From contig NC_134030.1 in the NCBI RefSeq assembly GCF_964204645.1, positions 6,118,778 through 6,182,777 of the forward strand: a stretch of DNA of 64,000 nt, in the 5' to 3' direction. The stretch is from Tubulanus polymorphus. Taxonomy: Eukaryota > Animalia > Nemertea. Below, piece by piece: positions 1 through 15,000 of this stretch. Made by a program: the position numbers and the translations under genes. Under the pieces are notes generated by a model. That model worked only from the letters and a program-made list of their open reading frames with translations. It ran no database searches and was not told where the DNA came from. The first letter of the stretch is position 1, and each line of letters opens with the position of its first letter.

Positions 1-82
1 TGTGTAACTGGCCTCTGATACTATATGTGATATCCAGATTTTCAAATGAGATAAGACATTAGGAAAATATATCATCAAATAC

Positions 83-3000
83 CTGTTGCGTTACGTTCTC
101 GGACTTCTAAATAATCGCCGGTGCAGTTTGCCTTTGAATTCATCTTCAAACTGACGAACGATAATGTAAGATAATGTCCCGTTAAACCTTCAACGAACCA
201 CTCGCAGTCGGTGTTCACTGGATAATTGTTCGGATAGTTTGGACTGCTTATAACACCTCGAGATGCTCGAACTAAGCCTCCGCAAACACCTACGCATTAG
301 AAATACAATTATTACGACTGTGTCTTAATTAACCAGGGTGGCCACTTTTATTTGACTTGCTTTTTCCCTAACTTTCCTGACATGTATGTTGTTTTTTTCC
401 CTGACTTGATCTGCTAATCGATTAACACAGTCAAATATGTAAGACATGACAGAAACTGTTTGATATTACGCACGCACGATCTAGCGATCTCAACAAATTA
501 CTTTTTCCCAATTCATAGCTTTTTTACAAAATTCCCTGACTTTTTAAAGAAATGAAATTCCCTGACTTTTCCCCTGAATTTCCAGGTAAGTGGCGTCACC
601 CTGTAACCAGTCTTGAGCCCCTAGATGACTTTCTCTTACCCATACGATACGTGGCCTTGAATCCTTTATGAACGACGCTGCTATCCGTGCGGAACTTCAC
701 AAACATTACATTGCCCCTGGAGATGCGGGTGCCCGGGGCCGTCGCGCCGCAAAATCTACCCAACAATCGTGAATTCCACGTTCCTCCGTCGCGCACCTCG
801 ACGTAATCGAATTTACATCTGAAAATATCGAAACTACGTGACATAATTGTGAGTATGAATTAGTAAGTTTCTATCGGAGACCCTTTTAGCATACATACTC
901 TCTTGGATGAGTCTCGATTTGGAATTCGTTGTCGAAATCGATTTGTATTCGTTCGGTCGCCGGCGCTGTTATCGTCCAGATACATTCCACATTATGCGGA
1001 TATTTTTCGGGATAATTCGGCGATTTAATCACACCCGACGATACGCTATCGGAGAGGTACATCGTTCCGCCGCACGCGACCGAAAGCTCGCGATACGTCA
1101 GGCGAAATCCGGGACGTCCGATGCTGCCTTCAGCCGAGACGAACTGCACAGTCAAACTGTTACTCGATGATCCGATACTACCGACTGGAATCGTGTTGCC
1201 GCAGTATTTATCACCGAGTGTCGGAGAAGTCAGCGAATCGCCGTTATAAAACTGGATTACAAATTCAAACATGTATACAGTGAATAATATACATCCCAGT
1301 ATTAGTGTTCGGATCCACAGGCAAATTTTGAAGGACTTGTCACATCCAAAAAGGGCACAAAGCACAAAAAAACCCACAGATGATGATTTAACGATGTATT
1401 TTCTGACAGTTTTTCATTTCTCCGATGATGAGGTTTAGTCAAAACTTCGAAATTGTCAGAAAATTAATAGTAACATCATCAACTGTGGGTGGGTTCATCA
1501 ACTCAATTCAGTATCCCGGTACCCGGTTTGTGTATTTCATGTTTTCCCTATTTTTGAGCTAGTGGAAACAAACCTGTATATAGTCATTCTGACATTCACT
1601 TGTAGCTAGAATATCCAATGATTCAAATGTGATGTTTACAGTTCGACCGGGTGTTACAGTTATCGTCCACGTACAGTTCGATTCCGGAGGATAGTTCTGC
1701 GGTTGGTTTGGACTTTGAATTTCGCCAACAGGACTAGTGAATTGGCCACCACAAGCTGAAATGAAATTCCATCAGTCCATAACATTTATGAATTAACGAA
1801 GCTGCCAGTTAAAATGAGATGAGACGCATATAGAAAATTGTACCTGTTTTGAAAAGAGCCATGAATCCAGTTCCGTTGATACTGTGATCCGATTTGAAGC
1901 GAACAGTTAAATCTTTTGTACTGGAGAAAAATGAATCTAAAGGTGGGTACCGGCCACAGAAAGTACCTAATTTTGATGCTGATATGCTATTGCCTAAAAT
2001 AAGAAATCAAAGAGAGTAGTGAGACAAGAGGACAAACTGGTTGAGGAATGGACTTCAAATAGAGATCCTAAAATGAATTCTGACGATGGACATACCATCA
2101 TAAATCTCAACACGATCGAAATTACAAAGTCGATGTCCTTCCGTAAAAACTTCCGTTACGTTCAAAAAAACTCGAAAGCCTTCATTCGCGACGATGTTCC
2201 AGATGCATTCCAAGCTTGGACCATAACCGTAGGGATAACCGGGTGAGGTAAAATTAGACAGTTCATCACGAGCAAATAACGTTCCACCGCAACCTACGTC
2301 CAAAACAAAAACAAGCCCGTTTTAAAGAACAGTTTTAACTTAAACTATAGGATTGATTCAACTGTTAGTCAACGGGTGAATTAGTACCAGTCACGTTCAG
2401 CAGTGGTTGCCCTGATGGAGGGACAGTAGCTGGTAGAACATCAATCGCTTTCCATTCTAACAAAAATCCGTCACCTTCTACGCTGACATCCGAGTAGAAT
2501 TTGATCGCCATCTGACTACCTGTACTGACAACAGGTTCGGGAATTTTGTCTCCACAAACTGTTTTCAAGACCGGTGAATCTGTATCACCACCATCGTAAA
2601 ACTACAAAACAACCGAGCAATTGTATCAAGGGCCTAATTCAGCTTAGATTCTACATTATCCAGACCAAATAGCATAGTTATATAGTTTCCATATCAAGAC
2701 GGGATGAAATTTCCATGGGTTACAATTGATACTGTTATATAATAGCTCATTCTAGTGCGATATTTACCTTAAGGTAATCATAACAATTATCACTGAATAC
2801 AGTATAAGCGACACCAAACGGTTCTGTTTCCAAAGTCAATATTCGAGCGCGAATACGTTTATTCATATCCACAGTTATCGTCCATGTTACATCCATTTTA
2901 TTCGGGTAATTATGTGGATATTCGGGTGATGCAATTTCACCATACGTTCCTTGTAATTGTCCACCATAAACTGCAAATGATTAGCAATTTAGAGATCAAG

Positions 3001-6000
3001 TTGTCGTCTAGGCAAAAATGAAAGTTTGGAACTCCCCAAACATCTCAGATCATCATCGAAGATGATGTAAAAAACACACAATTATTCTTTAAATCAGAAC
3101 TTGAATCAAAAGTACTGGTGACTTACTTATAGCGTAGTTGATGTAGAAACCGGTAGCTGTGCCACTACCGTCAGATCGGAATCGAATCCACAACTCATTT
3201 TCTGAGAACGTTAAATTTTTCGACGATATTTCCGAGCCGCAGAATCGACGCACGTCGCGACTACGTTCTCCGCCGTTACGAATTTCGAGAAAGTCTAACG
3301 CGCAATGTTCGTCAGTTTGTACATCGAACGAACTAGAATATAAGACCGCAATTTCTGAATCATGCACATGTTCGTGGAAAAATCGGGAAGAAAACCCTAT
3401 TAGTGACAAAATCGTACCTAACATCAAGTTGTATATGGTTTCCTTTTGGTGCGGTGATAGTCCAAACGCATTCATAATCTGGAGGATAGGCATCAGGATA
3501 ACTGGGACTGACGAATGTCCCTTGAATGGATGTCATTTTACCTCCACAAGCTGTCAATAAATAAGATTCGATGTTTACTCATAGGAATAGTACAAGTAAC
3601 TATGCCACGGTGACTTTTTTTGTGACGTGACATTTTCTGTCACCCCGCCCTACCTTCGTAAACACTCTTCTACACATTTCACATTCGTACTAACCTCGTG
3701 AGAATGTTGTATACACAGCACGGAAACCGTGATTCGACCGAGGTGATTGTTTACGGGACGACTGAGGAAACGTCGCCTGGAAAACTATCGTCATTTTCGA
3801 ACTCAACGAAACGATAGATGCTGGAACTGAATACCCGCAGTACCGGCCGTACGGTTCGGCACCGCTGTCAACCATGTCAGCTCCGCCCATATATATCGAT
3901 ACGCTATCGTACATACAATTATCATCGGCGCTCATATCTATATAGGTGAACGTGAAGGTTATCTTTGAAGCTGAAATGACAAGAAATGAATTCAGCAACT
4001 CTCGATCTAACACTACAATGTAACACTACTTCTACTCTTCAATTTTCTAAACCCTCTACACCATGTATATCTTTTCACCTAATAGAACTAGCGCAACACT
4101 ATTCAACTATGGAACCGGCGCTAGATTAGTAAACTTACCCGGGTCACCAGCATTTAAAGTCCAAATACAAGTTCCATTTTTGTGATATTCATCTGGATAA
4201 TTCGGTGAAAATATCTGTCCATCTTCACTAGCATCGCGTACACCACCACAAACTACACGAAAATATATCATAATATTGCTTAATCTTTGGAGCTATTTCT
4301 CGTTAAAATCAGTTACACGAAATCTAGGGTACTTACCCGTACGATAAGATGCTTTGAACCCACGCGCGCTGACTGAGCCATCAGAAGCCATTCGAAACAT
4401 CACTTCATTATTAGTTGCTGTATACACCGTCTGATTAGGCATTTTATTACCACAATGTTTCAATAGGGAAGGTGCAGTGATCGAGTTTCCATCAAATATC
4501 TGGAAGAATTATCATCAAAAACTGTTAAAACTGTTTCATGCACAAATTAATTCAGAAATTCATCGACGAATTCCATCACCCTCAACTTACCTGCAGGTAG
4601 TCATAGTTGCAGTTGTCATGGGTACCTTCGATGTCGAAATCTTCGATTGTTATCTGAACGACGTAATTTTCGTCGACTGTAACCTTCCATTCGCAGTCGA
4701 TATTGTGTCCGTAGTTACCGGGGTAACCTTGAGACGTAATAGTTCCAGACTTTGCCGTGAAGTTTCCACCACAACCTTCCAAAAGGAGGAAATCAATGCA
4801 ATTGTTTATTCAACAACTCGCAATACCTACTAATTGTTGAATTCTTTCGGATTTTTGAAACTGCCAAAAAACTCAGCAGTATAGTAGCAATATGATGTTT
4901 TTTCAAATTATCATCAGACATTTAACTTTATGTGATACCTAATACATGGAATAAGATATACAGTGAACAATACAATTACATATAATATCACCCAGCCCAT
5001 TTAGGACTTACAAATCATGGAGACTACAAAAATTAAATGATAATGGAAAAATGTCAAAATTATGTTATTCACTTATTGAATGAATAATTATGTCTTATAA
5101 CCCCTAAGCGTTGTATAAATGCTGTAAGTATGATATTTTCATACATTAGATTAACTGTCTTTAACTAATGATAAAGATAGAATACCTCCATCTATAACTT
5201 GATACGTGGCCTTGAAACCTTTTCCCGACTGCGAACGATCGCTCTTGAAACGAACGTACATATTATTCCCCGACGTCATGATCATTTGGCTTTGCGTCGT
5301 TTTGTGACAGAGTTTTGATATCAGAGGTGACGTCATATCCGGGCCTCCAAATATCTGAAATCGATGAAGAAATTCCAGCTTTCAAAGCGATCTCACATTT
5401 CTAGACCTGACTACCTTAGTATCTAACTTCGTGAGTAGTTTTTACCATAGTTTGATATCTAAAATAGTAGTTTAATTGAAAAACCATTCTGATTTTGAGC
5501 ATACTTCGATATTTCTTGGAGTAGAGTTCTTAAAAGGATAGTAACTACTCTCAAATAGTAATAGTGAAGTCGTAATAATTACCTCAATAAAGTCGTACTT
5601 GCATTCGGCGTTGTTTTCCAAATCAAGACCAAGTAAAGTGAGTTCAATTCTGCGTCCGAGTGATGTAGCAACGGTCCAAACACATTCGTGATAACTGGGA
5701 TAATAATCCGGATAACCAGGCGTCATGAACGTGCCCGAGTCACTCGTAAAATGACCTCCGCATCCTGAAATATTACGTATCAGTCAGGTCAATGAAAAGA
5801 TCGTAATCCAGGCGTAATTAATTAAGAACATACCATCAGTGATCCATTCTAAGCGGAATCCTCGATCAGCCACAGAACGATCCGATTTAAAATGAACCCA
5901 CAGTTTTTCGCCTTTCGAAGCGAACGGCGACGGCAAACTTCTGCCGCAATATTTTCCGATCAAGGCTCCATCACTTGAACCTTCTTTCAGCTATAAAAAA

Positions 6001-9000
6001 TATCCGTTCTCACAACATGAACAACATAAATTTCTAATACCACATGCACACGACTGATAGAAACAGAATAACATAGAGTCAAATATGTTTCATCTCAGAA
6101 ATAATGTTTAATTCTCGTAAATGCACAATGAACAGGGAAAATGCTCGGAAACATGTTTCTATCTTCTGTTTCCATGTTTCCCTGTGTCGTACATAATGCT
6201 CCTTCTTACCTCGAGATAATCCATATCGCAATCGCCGGTTTCGAGGGCGAAATGCGAGAACGATACGTTTAATTTGTTACCGAGCGTCGTTTGAATTTCC
6301 CACGTACATTCTATATTCGGTGGATACGGATTTGGAAATTCCAGACTTTCAATGACTCCGTAATAACTCGTCAGTTCGTGATTACAATCTGAAGATAAAA
6401 AGAACAATTTTTATGAGCTTATTACATTCATTTTGAGATAATAATCACTAATATCAATTCATATCGATTTATACCGGCGTGGTAGACGGCGTGGAAACCG
6501 CGACCGTTGTTAGATCCATCGGTAAAGAATTTCACCCACATTCGATTTGTTTTAGATGTAATAGGTTGAGGAGGGCTCGATCCGCAGGCTCTCTTCAGGA
6601 GTATGCCGTGAGCATTTGTATCGCGCACCTAAATTGCAAAAAGTTATCGCTTGAAATGTTTGTTAGTTTAATTTGATAGCACAATTTCTTTTAAAAGCCA
6701 TTGATAAAACACTCTGTCCATCTAGTCATAATATAAATACCACACTAAGAATGAGAATGAGTCCCAAATGTTTCCTTGATGAAGTTTCGCCCAGATGCTG
6801 GCCTCAAGAAAATTTGAGCATGCGTTACAAAAGAGTCACTCATTCATTACACTTTTTGATTCATCTTTGTCTAAAATATGCATATGATTCCATAATAACT
6901 TGCCAAATTGTCGAAGTTGCGAAATTCCTCCACTTTGCAACTAATTTTCAAAAACATAGCAACTTTACAAAAAGTTCCACTCTCAAACCCCCTCAAAGAA
7001 ATGGCTAGCTATGGGCTTGTTTTCACTGAAGGTCTACTCAATTTTTCATTATCATTGTGGGATTATGCACATTAATATAAGCTCTATCAAAATATATCTT
7101 GATATCTTGAAGTATTTGTAAACGTCTACCTCGATGTGGTCGTATTTGCAAGTTGATGAATCTTCTAAATCCATATCCGAGAATATCAGTTTAATACGGC
7201 TTCCGCGAGCGACCTGTATGTTCCAGAAGCATTCGGTAGAATGGCTGTACGGTAACGGGTAATTCGGGGATACGAATGTACCGGTAGACGAGGTAAGATC
7301 AGCACCGCAACCGGTCGACGCGCCGTCGTAGTGAATACGAAATCCTTTCGCCGAGTTCGAATTGTCTGATTTGAATTTGATATAAAGACGGTTGCTATGC
7401 GATAGAATCTGCGAATCGATCTTAGTGCCGCAATACCGTCCAATCAGCGGCGACGATGGGTAACCTCCGTTTCTAAAATAATGTACACAATCATTAATGA
7501 ATTTTGATAAGATAAAAACCCACTATTTACAAATTATAAGAATTCTAAAATCGAGAATTTATTTATTGCTACAATCTAAAATATAAGGACACAATGTTTC
7601 GATCTCATCCTAAGGATCATCGTCAGGTGTGAGATATAGACTACAAACAGGGGTATATAAACAGAAGAGAATACACCCGACGATGATCTCTAGGGCGAGA
7701 TCGAAATGTCGTGTCCTTATATTTTAGATTGTATCAATAAATAAATTCTCGATTTTAGAATTCTTTTAATTTGTAAATAGTGGGTTTTTATCTTATCATC
7801 TGTTCACCACGTTTGAGTGTGGTTGTCGTGCTATTATTGAATTTTGTTGATGTTTTCCTTAATACTAAACTGAACAATAGAAAACTACCTGATTTCTACG
7901 TAATCATATCTACAATTAGAATGACTCTCCATCCCAAAGTCAGTGATATTCAAAACAATCTGGTGACTGCTGGGCAACACTATCGTCCAGACGCATTCCC
8001 GGGTATGCGGATAATTGGAGGGATAATTCGGACTGGTGATTTCTCCGACCAAAGTTTGTAATTGTCCTCCGCACACTATACAACGGAAAAACAAACTTAC
8101 AATTTCAATAATGCCCCTCAGTCAAGCTCAGTGGGTCGAGGTATTTTAGGCTAGTGTTATACTTACAAAGAGTAGCATTAAGAGCCACGTATGACGCAGA
8201 GAATCCACCATAGGCTACAGTTCGATCAGATGCAAACTGTAAAGTCATTGTATTCTCAGTAGATGTCATCGATGGAGGTAAACCACTACCACAATATCTG
8301 TATTTAAAAAACAATAAAATAAGTTCTGATACATAATTATCGTTATCATTCTAATATCATTCCGGATCTTCAAAATATCTAAGATATATCCTTTAGTATA
8401 CCGGTATATGACACATCGATTATACAGGGTGGCCCCTTTGTGTCCATTTACAAATCTCCTGAGTTTTTCCTGATTTTTCTATGCGATTACACCAAATTCC
8501 ATTAGTGAATCTTGAGAAATTTCTCAAATTCATTCATTTGTCAGTGAATCATATACTGATAAAGGAACGCATGGTCAGCAGCATTATCCAAATTTCCTGA
8601 GTTTTCCAGGTTTTTGGTAAAATTTGTCAAATTCCATTAGTTATCCCTGATTTTGTCTAGATTCCCTGAGTTTTCCAAGTCACTGGCCACCCTGTAATAT
8701 GTCTCTTCTTATCTATTTTTCTATCCAGCACATGAGAAAACAGTTTGAAACTTGTGGGATCGTCCCGGTTGGAAGGTGTAAAGAATTGAGTAATTACCTG
8801 CCAATTACTCCACCAGTGTCCGTGAACGTAGAATTATCCATCACCAACACATAATCGTATTTACAGTTTCGATTTTTTTCGATGCTGAACGTGTGGAATG
8901 TAAGTTGTATGATCAGCCCCTCGTCGACGTGAATGCGCCACTCGCAGAACGCTCCATGCGGGTAAACCTTCGGGAATCCAGGACTGCTGACTGTTCCATA

Positions 9001-12000
9001 TGGAGCCGTCAGTGTACCACCACAATCTGCGCAGAGTATCAGAACAATGTACGAAGTGTATCATTTCAGTTAGCTTACTATAACATCTATCACTTAACAC
9101 TCATTCCACTCATCTACCAAAACTACTATGCATTAGTAGTGAAAGCTCATATAAACTCAAATAAAATAGCTAACCTATAAAGTACTGTCTCTATATTTTA
9201 CTGATATAACATCTGTTGAAAGAATAGGAAATTGTAAACATCGCATCTAAAATGCCACATTATACTTTTTTGGAGCTCTTAAAATTGAGGCCAAGTTAAA
9301 AGTTGTCTATAAAACTGGTTCCAGTAAATTAATTCAAACAAAATCAGTTTAAAAGAAATAATCAAGATGATTGTGGCAATTGTACAGGGTGGCCAGTTTA
9401 GATTAACTTTGTTTACCTGACTTGATCTACTAAGATTCCAATCCATTAACACAGTCAAATACGTAAGACATTGACATAACTGTTTGATTTTACGCATGAT
9501 GTACCGGTAGCAATCTCAACATATTTCTATCACTTTTCCCTGATTTTTCTGCTTTTTTTTGTACAAAATTCCCTGGTAAGTGGCCACCCTCTGTTGCAAT
9601 ATCATTGATAAGATTCCACATACCCCCAGTACTGCTAGTTGTTGTGTATTTAACTTTGAATCCTCTGTTTTCAGTGCTGCCGTCCGTTTTGAATTTCATA
9701 TATAATCTATGGGTACTGGAGTCGATCGCGCCAGGCATTTCACCTCCGCACAATCGTTTCAACATCGGAGAATTCGAAGAACCTCCATCACGAACCTTTA
9801 AATATAAACATGGCATTATTTCCGCATGCAAATCACCGGTAGATAAAGATACACGTAATGCCTAATAATAATCACAATCTAATCAGTGTTTAATAGCATA
9901 TTGACAATGCTACTGGGGCAGGATTCAAGAATAATCCGCCAGGGTCAATAGCGGTTACTGGATTACGACGCTTCTACATTTCAATTAAATTCAACTTCTC
10001 TCATTAGTAGATGAATTTTTATTGAAATCTATACCATAGAATGAGAATGTGAATCTCATATCTATCTGATGTCTGGTGATTTTCGGTTTTAGAACCCTAA
10101 AAGTCAAGTTCAAATCTAATTTAAAATGAACTAATTGTTACTATGAGGCAGTGAATTTTTGCACCATCTCGCGTGTGCAGTACCCTATTGCATAAATATA
10201 ACTTCTACTTTCAGCAGTCAAGTGATAAGTTGCGCGCCCAATTTCTCAAAGAAAGGTTATGAATGATTTCCAGGGGTAGTTAGGGTTGCAATTGCTCAAA
10301 GAAAGGTAAGGGTTGATTTCCAATCACTCCGCTGTTGTCACTTTACCTCAAGATAGTCGAATTCACAATCTACATCGCCTTCGACGTCGAATGCTTCAAA
10401 TGTGAGAGTAATACGAGACCCGATTTCTTGTTCGATTAGATATACACACTCAGTGTTGCTAGGATACGATTCGGGATAATACACCGACTGAATCACTCCT
10501 GTAGGATTTCTATAAGTTCCGCCACAAGCTACGAATAAAAAAAAGTTCTTAATTTCTTCAAACAAATCTATCGGCCCATCGAAAAAATAAGAAACTGGAT
10601 TTTAAATGGTGCTCACCTGTTGTGTAATGGATTTTGAAACCTTGACCTTCTGTCGATTCATCCGCGCGGAAGCGAATAAGTACGTTGTTACTGGTCGACA
10701 TGAATGGTGCGGGTTCTTCATTACCGCAATAACGACCAACAAATGGAGAAGATCCTAATTCTCCATCTCTCACCTGAAAAAACACATATTTCAGACCTTT
10801 CACTCAACTGTTCAACTGTTCCTTAATTATCTACAGGGCAGTGATAAGACTAAGCAAAAGTTTGATTTTTCTTATCGGCTGAAGCAGTATCATTTCGAGT
10901 TGCGAGTGTTGGGAAATTTTATAGCGAGTCCCTTTACAGCTTACAGATTATTATCCATCTTAAAAAATCTATTTATTGCGTGTGTAGCTCGCAGAGTCTC
11001 TTCAATTGTTGGAAAATGTCCAAGAATTTACAATAGATAGATGCATCCAGATATATGACTAACTGCAATCATCAAAATTTCTTAAATGATTAACAGCCAG
11101 GGACTCATGAATCTCTATCATTTAGTCATTTAGATATAAATTTCGAGTTAAAATACTCATGGTGACATCTTGCAGGGCCATTCATAAATATCAAGTCAAT
11201 TTAGCAATGCATGTGTGAATATACACACTCTGATGATTCCTTCAGTTGTAAATTTTGCCCGTTCCAGATACGGACCAAAATTAGTTACTAGTGGTATAGT
11301 GAATGCAGCTATTACAATTATTATCTTTGCAGAAAATAAGCCTAAATGACATCCCTGTATCTGACGCAAGTCTAGGTGATCTTTATAGAACTTAGAAAGA
11401 AATGGTAAAATCATCTACCTCGATGTAATCCCATATACAATCAGCATGGCCTTCTATATCAACGTCTACGAACGTGATGTTAACTCTTTCACCGACCGGT
11501 GCCGTAATCACCCATTCGCAGAATATCTGTCTCGTGTAACCTTGAGGATATCCGGGAGATGTAACGGTACCGGTGTCAGCGGTTACACGTCCTCCGCAGT
11601 TCGTTCCAGCTACAAAAAACGTTCAGATTTATAACAGGCTAGCACGGTGGCCATTTTCCCCTGATTTTTACATATGGTTTCATAAAATTACCCGAGTGAA
11701 TGTAAACAAAATGTTGAAATTTCATATCATTGAATCACATACTAGTGAAGAAACAAGATCAATAGCATTATCCAAATTTTCCAGGTGTTTGGTAAAATTT
11801 CCTGAGTTTTCTCTGATTTTTCTGATTCCCGAAGTTTTCCAGTTCAGTGGCCACCCTGGTTAGTGAAAGGCCAAGGTTCGAGAGCTAATAATGAGGGCAA
11901 GTAGGGTTTTAATTACCAGACACAGCCGCATAAGTGATCATAAATCCGCGATCAGAAGCGTTAGCATCCGAATGAAATTTGAGCCATGCAGTTTTTCCCG

Positions 12001-15000
12001 AAGTTGATATCGGCAATACTGTTCTCGTACCACAGAATTTTCCCAGCAAATTACTAGAAGCTTCTCCACCATCACGAATCTGAAATCATGATGACATAAT
12101 CCATTTGCATGCAGTGATTACTATTTTCATGATTATCGTTATCATTATTCATTATTTTGTTAAGGGAGTTATATACATATTGTACCAGTGATTTGGCTAT
12201 GTAATGTTGTACTCATTGCTTTTATTACGGCACTAATTATCTCCAATTAGGACCAGTATTGTATAACATATTTGTGCATATATATCACACATCATTATTC
12301 ATATAATCAAACTTCTGTATAAAAAGAATTACCTCAAGATAGTCATTCGTACAATTATTCTGTGAGAGTTCGATATGAAGCGATGCAAAAGTGAATAAAA
12401 ATTTTTTTCCAGGGTCGGCATTGAAGAGCCAAACGCAGTCAGAATTGTGAGGATAATTTGAGGGATATCCAGGACTCATCACCGTACCAGAATTCGATAC
12501 GAACGACCCCCCGCAGCCTGAAAATATCAACAATTATCGACCAACTTCAACAGATTGTGATTGAACATGAGATTAACCTACAGAGAATCCCAAAATATTA
12601 ACAAAAATATTTTACAGCTGGAAAATGTTTCCTTGAGGCAATAGTATTTTATTAGTTTGGTTTAGTAGTTTATCACTAGCAGTTTATCATCAAGGAAACA
12701 TTATCGGACTTACATAAATAATGATACCATAAAAATTGATACCTTATTTCTCCTAATCACGTGGAACATTCTGTAAAGTGCGATACAATTTGTAATCTGG
12801 TTCATTTCTACAACTGACGGGTCTGTTATGGTAAAATTAACCGTGATTTTTAAAAAAGTAATGTACAGGGTAGATAGGTGGCCGGCTGGGGCAACTTCCA
12901 ACTTCATTTTCATTATCATTGTGGGGTTCTCCATAGATTATCGTAATAACCTGGACTATAGTAGTTCTTATCAATACTTGTCGAACATGAGAACATTTAT
13001 AGATCTCAGAATCATTGAGAATCAACTCGGAAAATTATCTTACCTTCATCGATCGTATTCCAATTGAAAGCGAATCCCTCGTCGCTGGTCGACGAATCAG
13101 ATTCAAACTTGATTCGCATAAAATTCTGCGTCGTGTTGATCGGATTGCCGTTATTCGGTATATCCGTGCCGCAATACTGACCGATTACACGCGAGTTTAC
13201 GGTTGAACCATCGTAAATCTTGATATCGTCGTAGTCGCAATCTACATCATCTTCCAGGGCAAATTTAGTGAATTTCAATTGAATGATCTGTACAATGACA
13301 ATAAAAACAAACAGTTATTTAATAGTGCAACAAAGTAACTGTAATCACACCTGACAATGATCTCTAGGGTGAGAGGGTCGTGTTCTTACATTTTAGATTG
13401 TATCAATAAATAAATTCTCGATTTTAGAATTCTTTTAATTTGTAAATAGTGGGTTTTTATCTTATCATCTGTTCACCACGTTTGAGTGTGGTTATCGTAC
13501 TATTAACTGTAATCAGTATAGAATTTACTCAGGTAAGTGGGTACAAACGGACTGGTTACCACAAAGTGTTTGAGCTGGTAGTTTAATCAAAGTTTTGACT
13601 CTTCCGGAATACTGAGATACAAAAATTGTACAGAATTTGTGAAATGTATATATACATGTGATCCAGAATGACCTAGTTTTATTATTTTCTCATGTTTATT
13701 GTGGGATTCTTGTTATGTTATCGTCTCAACACGGATAGTGTTTTATCAATGGTGAACATTGTCCTTCCCTATATTATTCAATAACTTTTACAAAATGTCG
13801 AATCTTGGGGGCAAGTTGTATCGATTTGTATTTTGACGACAGTTTTTAATCATAGCTGATACACTAATATTGCATTTGAAATGTGACATACATCGGTATA
13901 GGGCGAATAATGCATTGATTTTGGGTCAATTTTGCGATAAACGGATTACAAGCACTGGAACAATTACAGAGTTTTCCAACAGATAAGGTTTTCATACGCT
14001 ACTTGCCATACTGCACGAACAGCATTGAAAATGCTCCAGGTATTCTTATTGCCATATATGGGATTACCATTAATTACTCTATTAATCGGAGTGGTCATAC
14101 TAGTGATACAGAAAAGCTTTTACAAAAGAAATGACGGCATACCAGCAGATATTCTGCGTCGAATGGGTGAGTATGAAAGTGATTGTATCTCATTTAAACA
14201 AACTTCGATTCTTCACGAAAATGCTCACACAATTTGCCGATTGTATTTTCACTTACTCCACAGGTAAAACTGGACGAAAGCTAGGAAAACAAGAACTACT
14301 CTACGTTTATGAAATAGAGTTTGAAAATAATCTTCTTGATAGTAACGCCATATTCCTCGAATCAAAAGTCGAACTAACTGAAAGAATCGTCGTTCGTTCG
14401 TTGGAGTTTCTATGGAAACGACATCCAATGTTACGAATGAAAATCAACAGTTTTGTCAACAACAGATGCCGTGAAGATGTTTACTTTTTTCAAGAAATTG
14501 GTGAAACACCGATTTTAGATTTTGAAACAGAAAACACTAACGATTGGATGCAAGTTCTTTATGATGAATTTAAGAGAAAGTTTGATATAAAAACTGGGCC
14601 ACTGTGGAGAGTGAAAATGTTACCAGGAGCGAAACAGGAGAATGGGAAATTTCAACATATTTTTTTATTTACATTTTTCCATTCAATCATTGATGGCACC
14701 TCAATCATTCACATATATCGAGAATTCATTGAGAATTTAGAAGTTTTATTGAGTGGATCTGAACCAATTGTGAAAAGTCTCCCAACTCTACCGTCAATAG
14801 AGGAAATATTCGCTGATGAGTTACGACCCAGTTTCACTGAAAAACTCATCAGCATTTTTAGGTCTGCAAACAATTACTGTTTCCCGCAACAACCGAGTAA
14901 TAATCAAACCGAAATAAGCAAAGATTTTGTTGACGCGTTTAAAGTGAATAAACCGCGATCAAGTCGGCTTTATCCAATAGAATTTGATGAAAATGAAACA

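Noticed and set aside
14131-14263. ATG at 14131 as the start of the 516-aa ORF
   Set aside because: Most of this N-terminal stretch runs through a canonical GT-AG intron; splicing from the 14031 frame gives a better protein with a membrane anchor.
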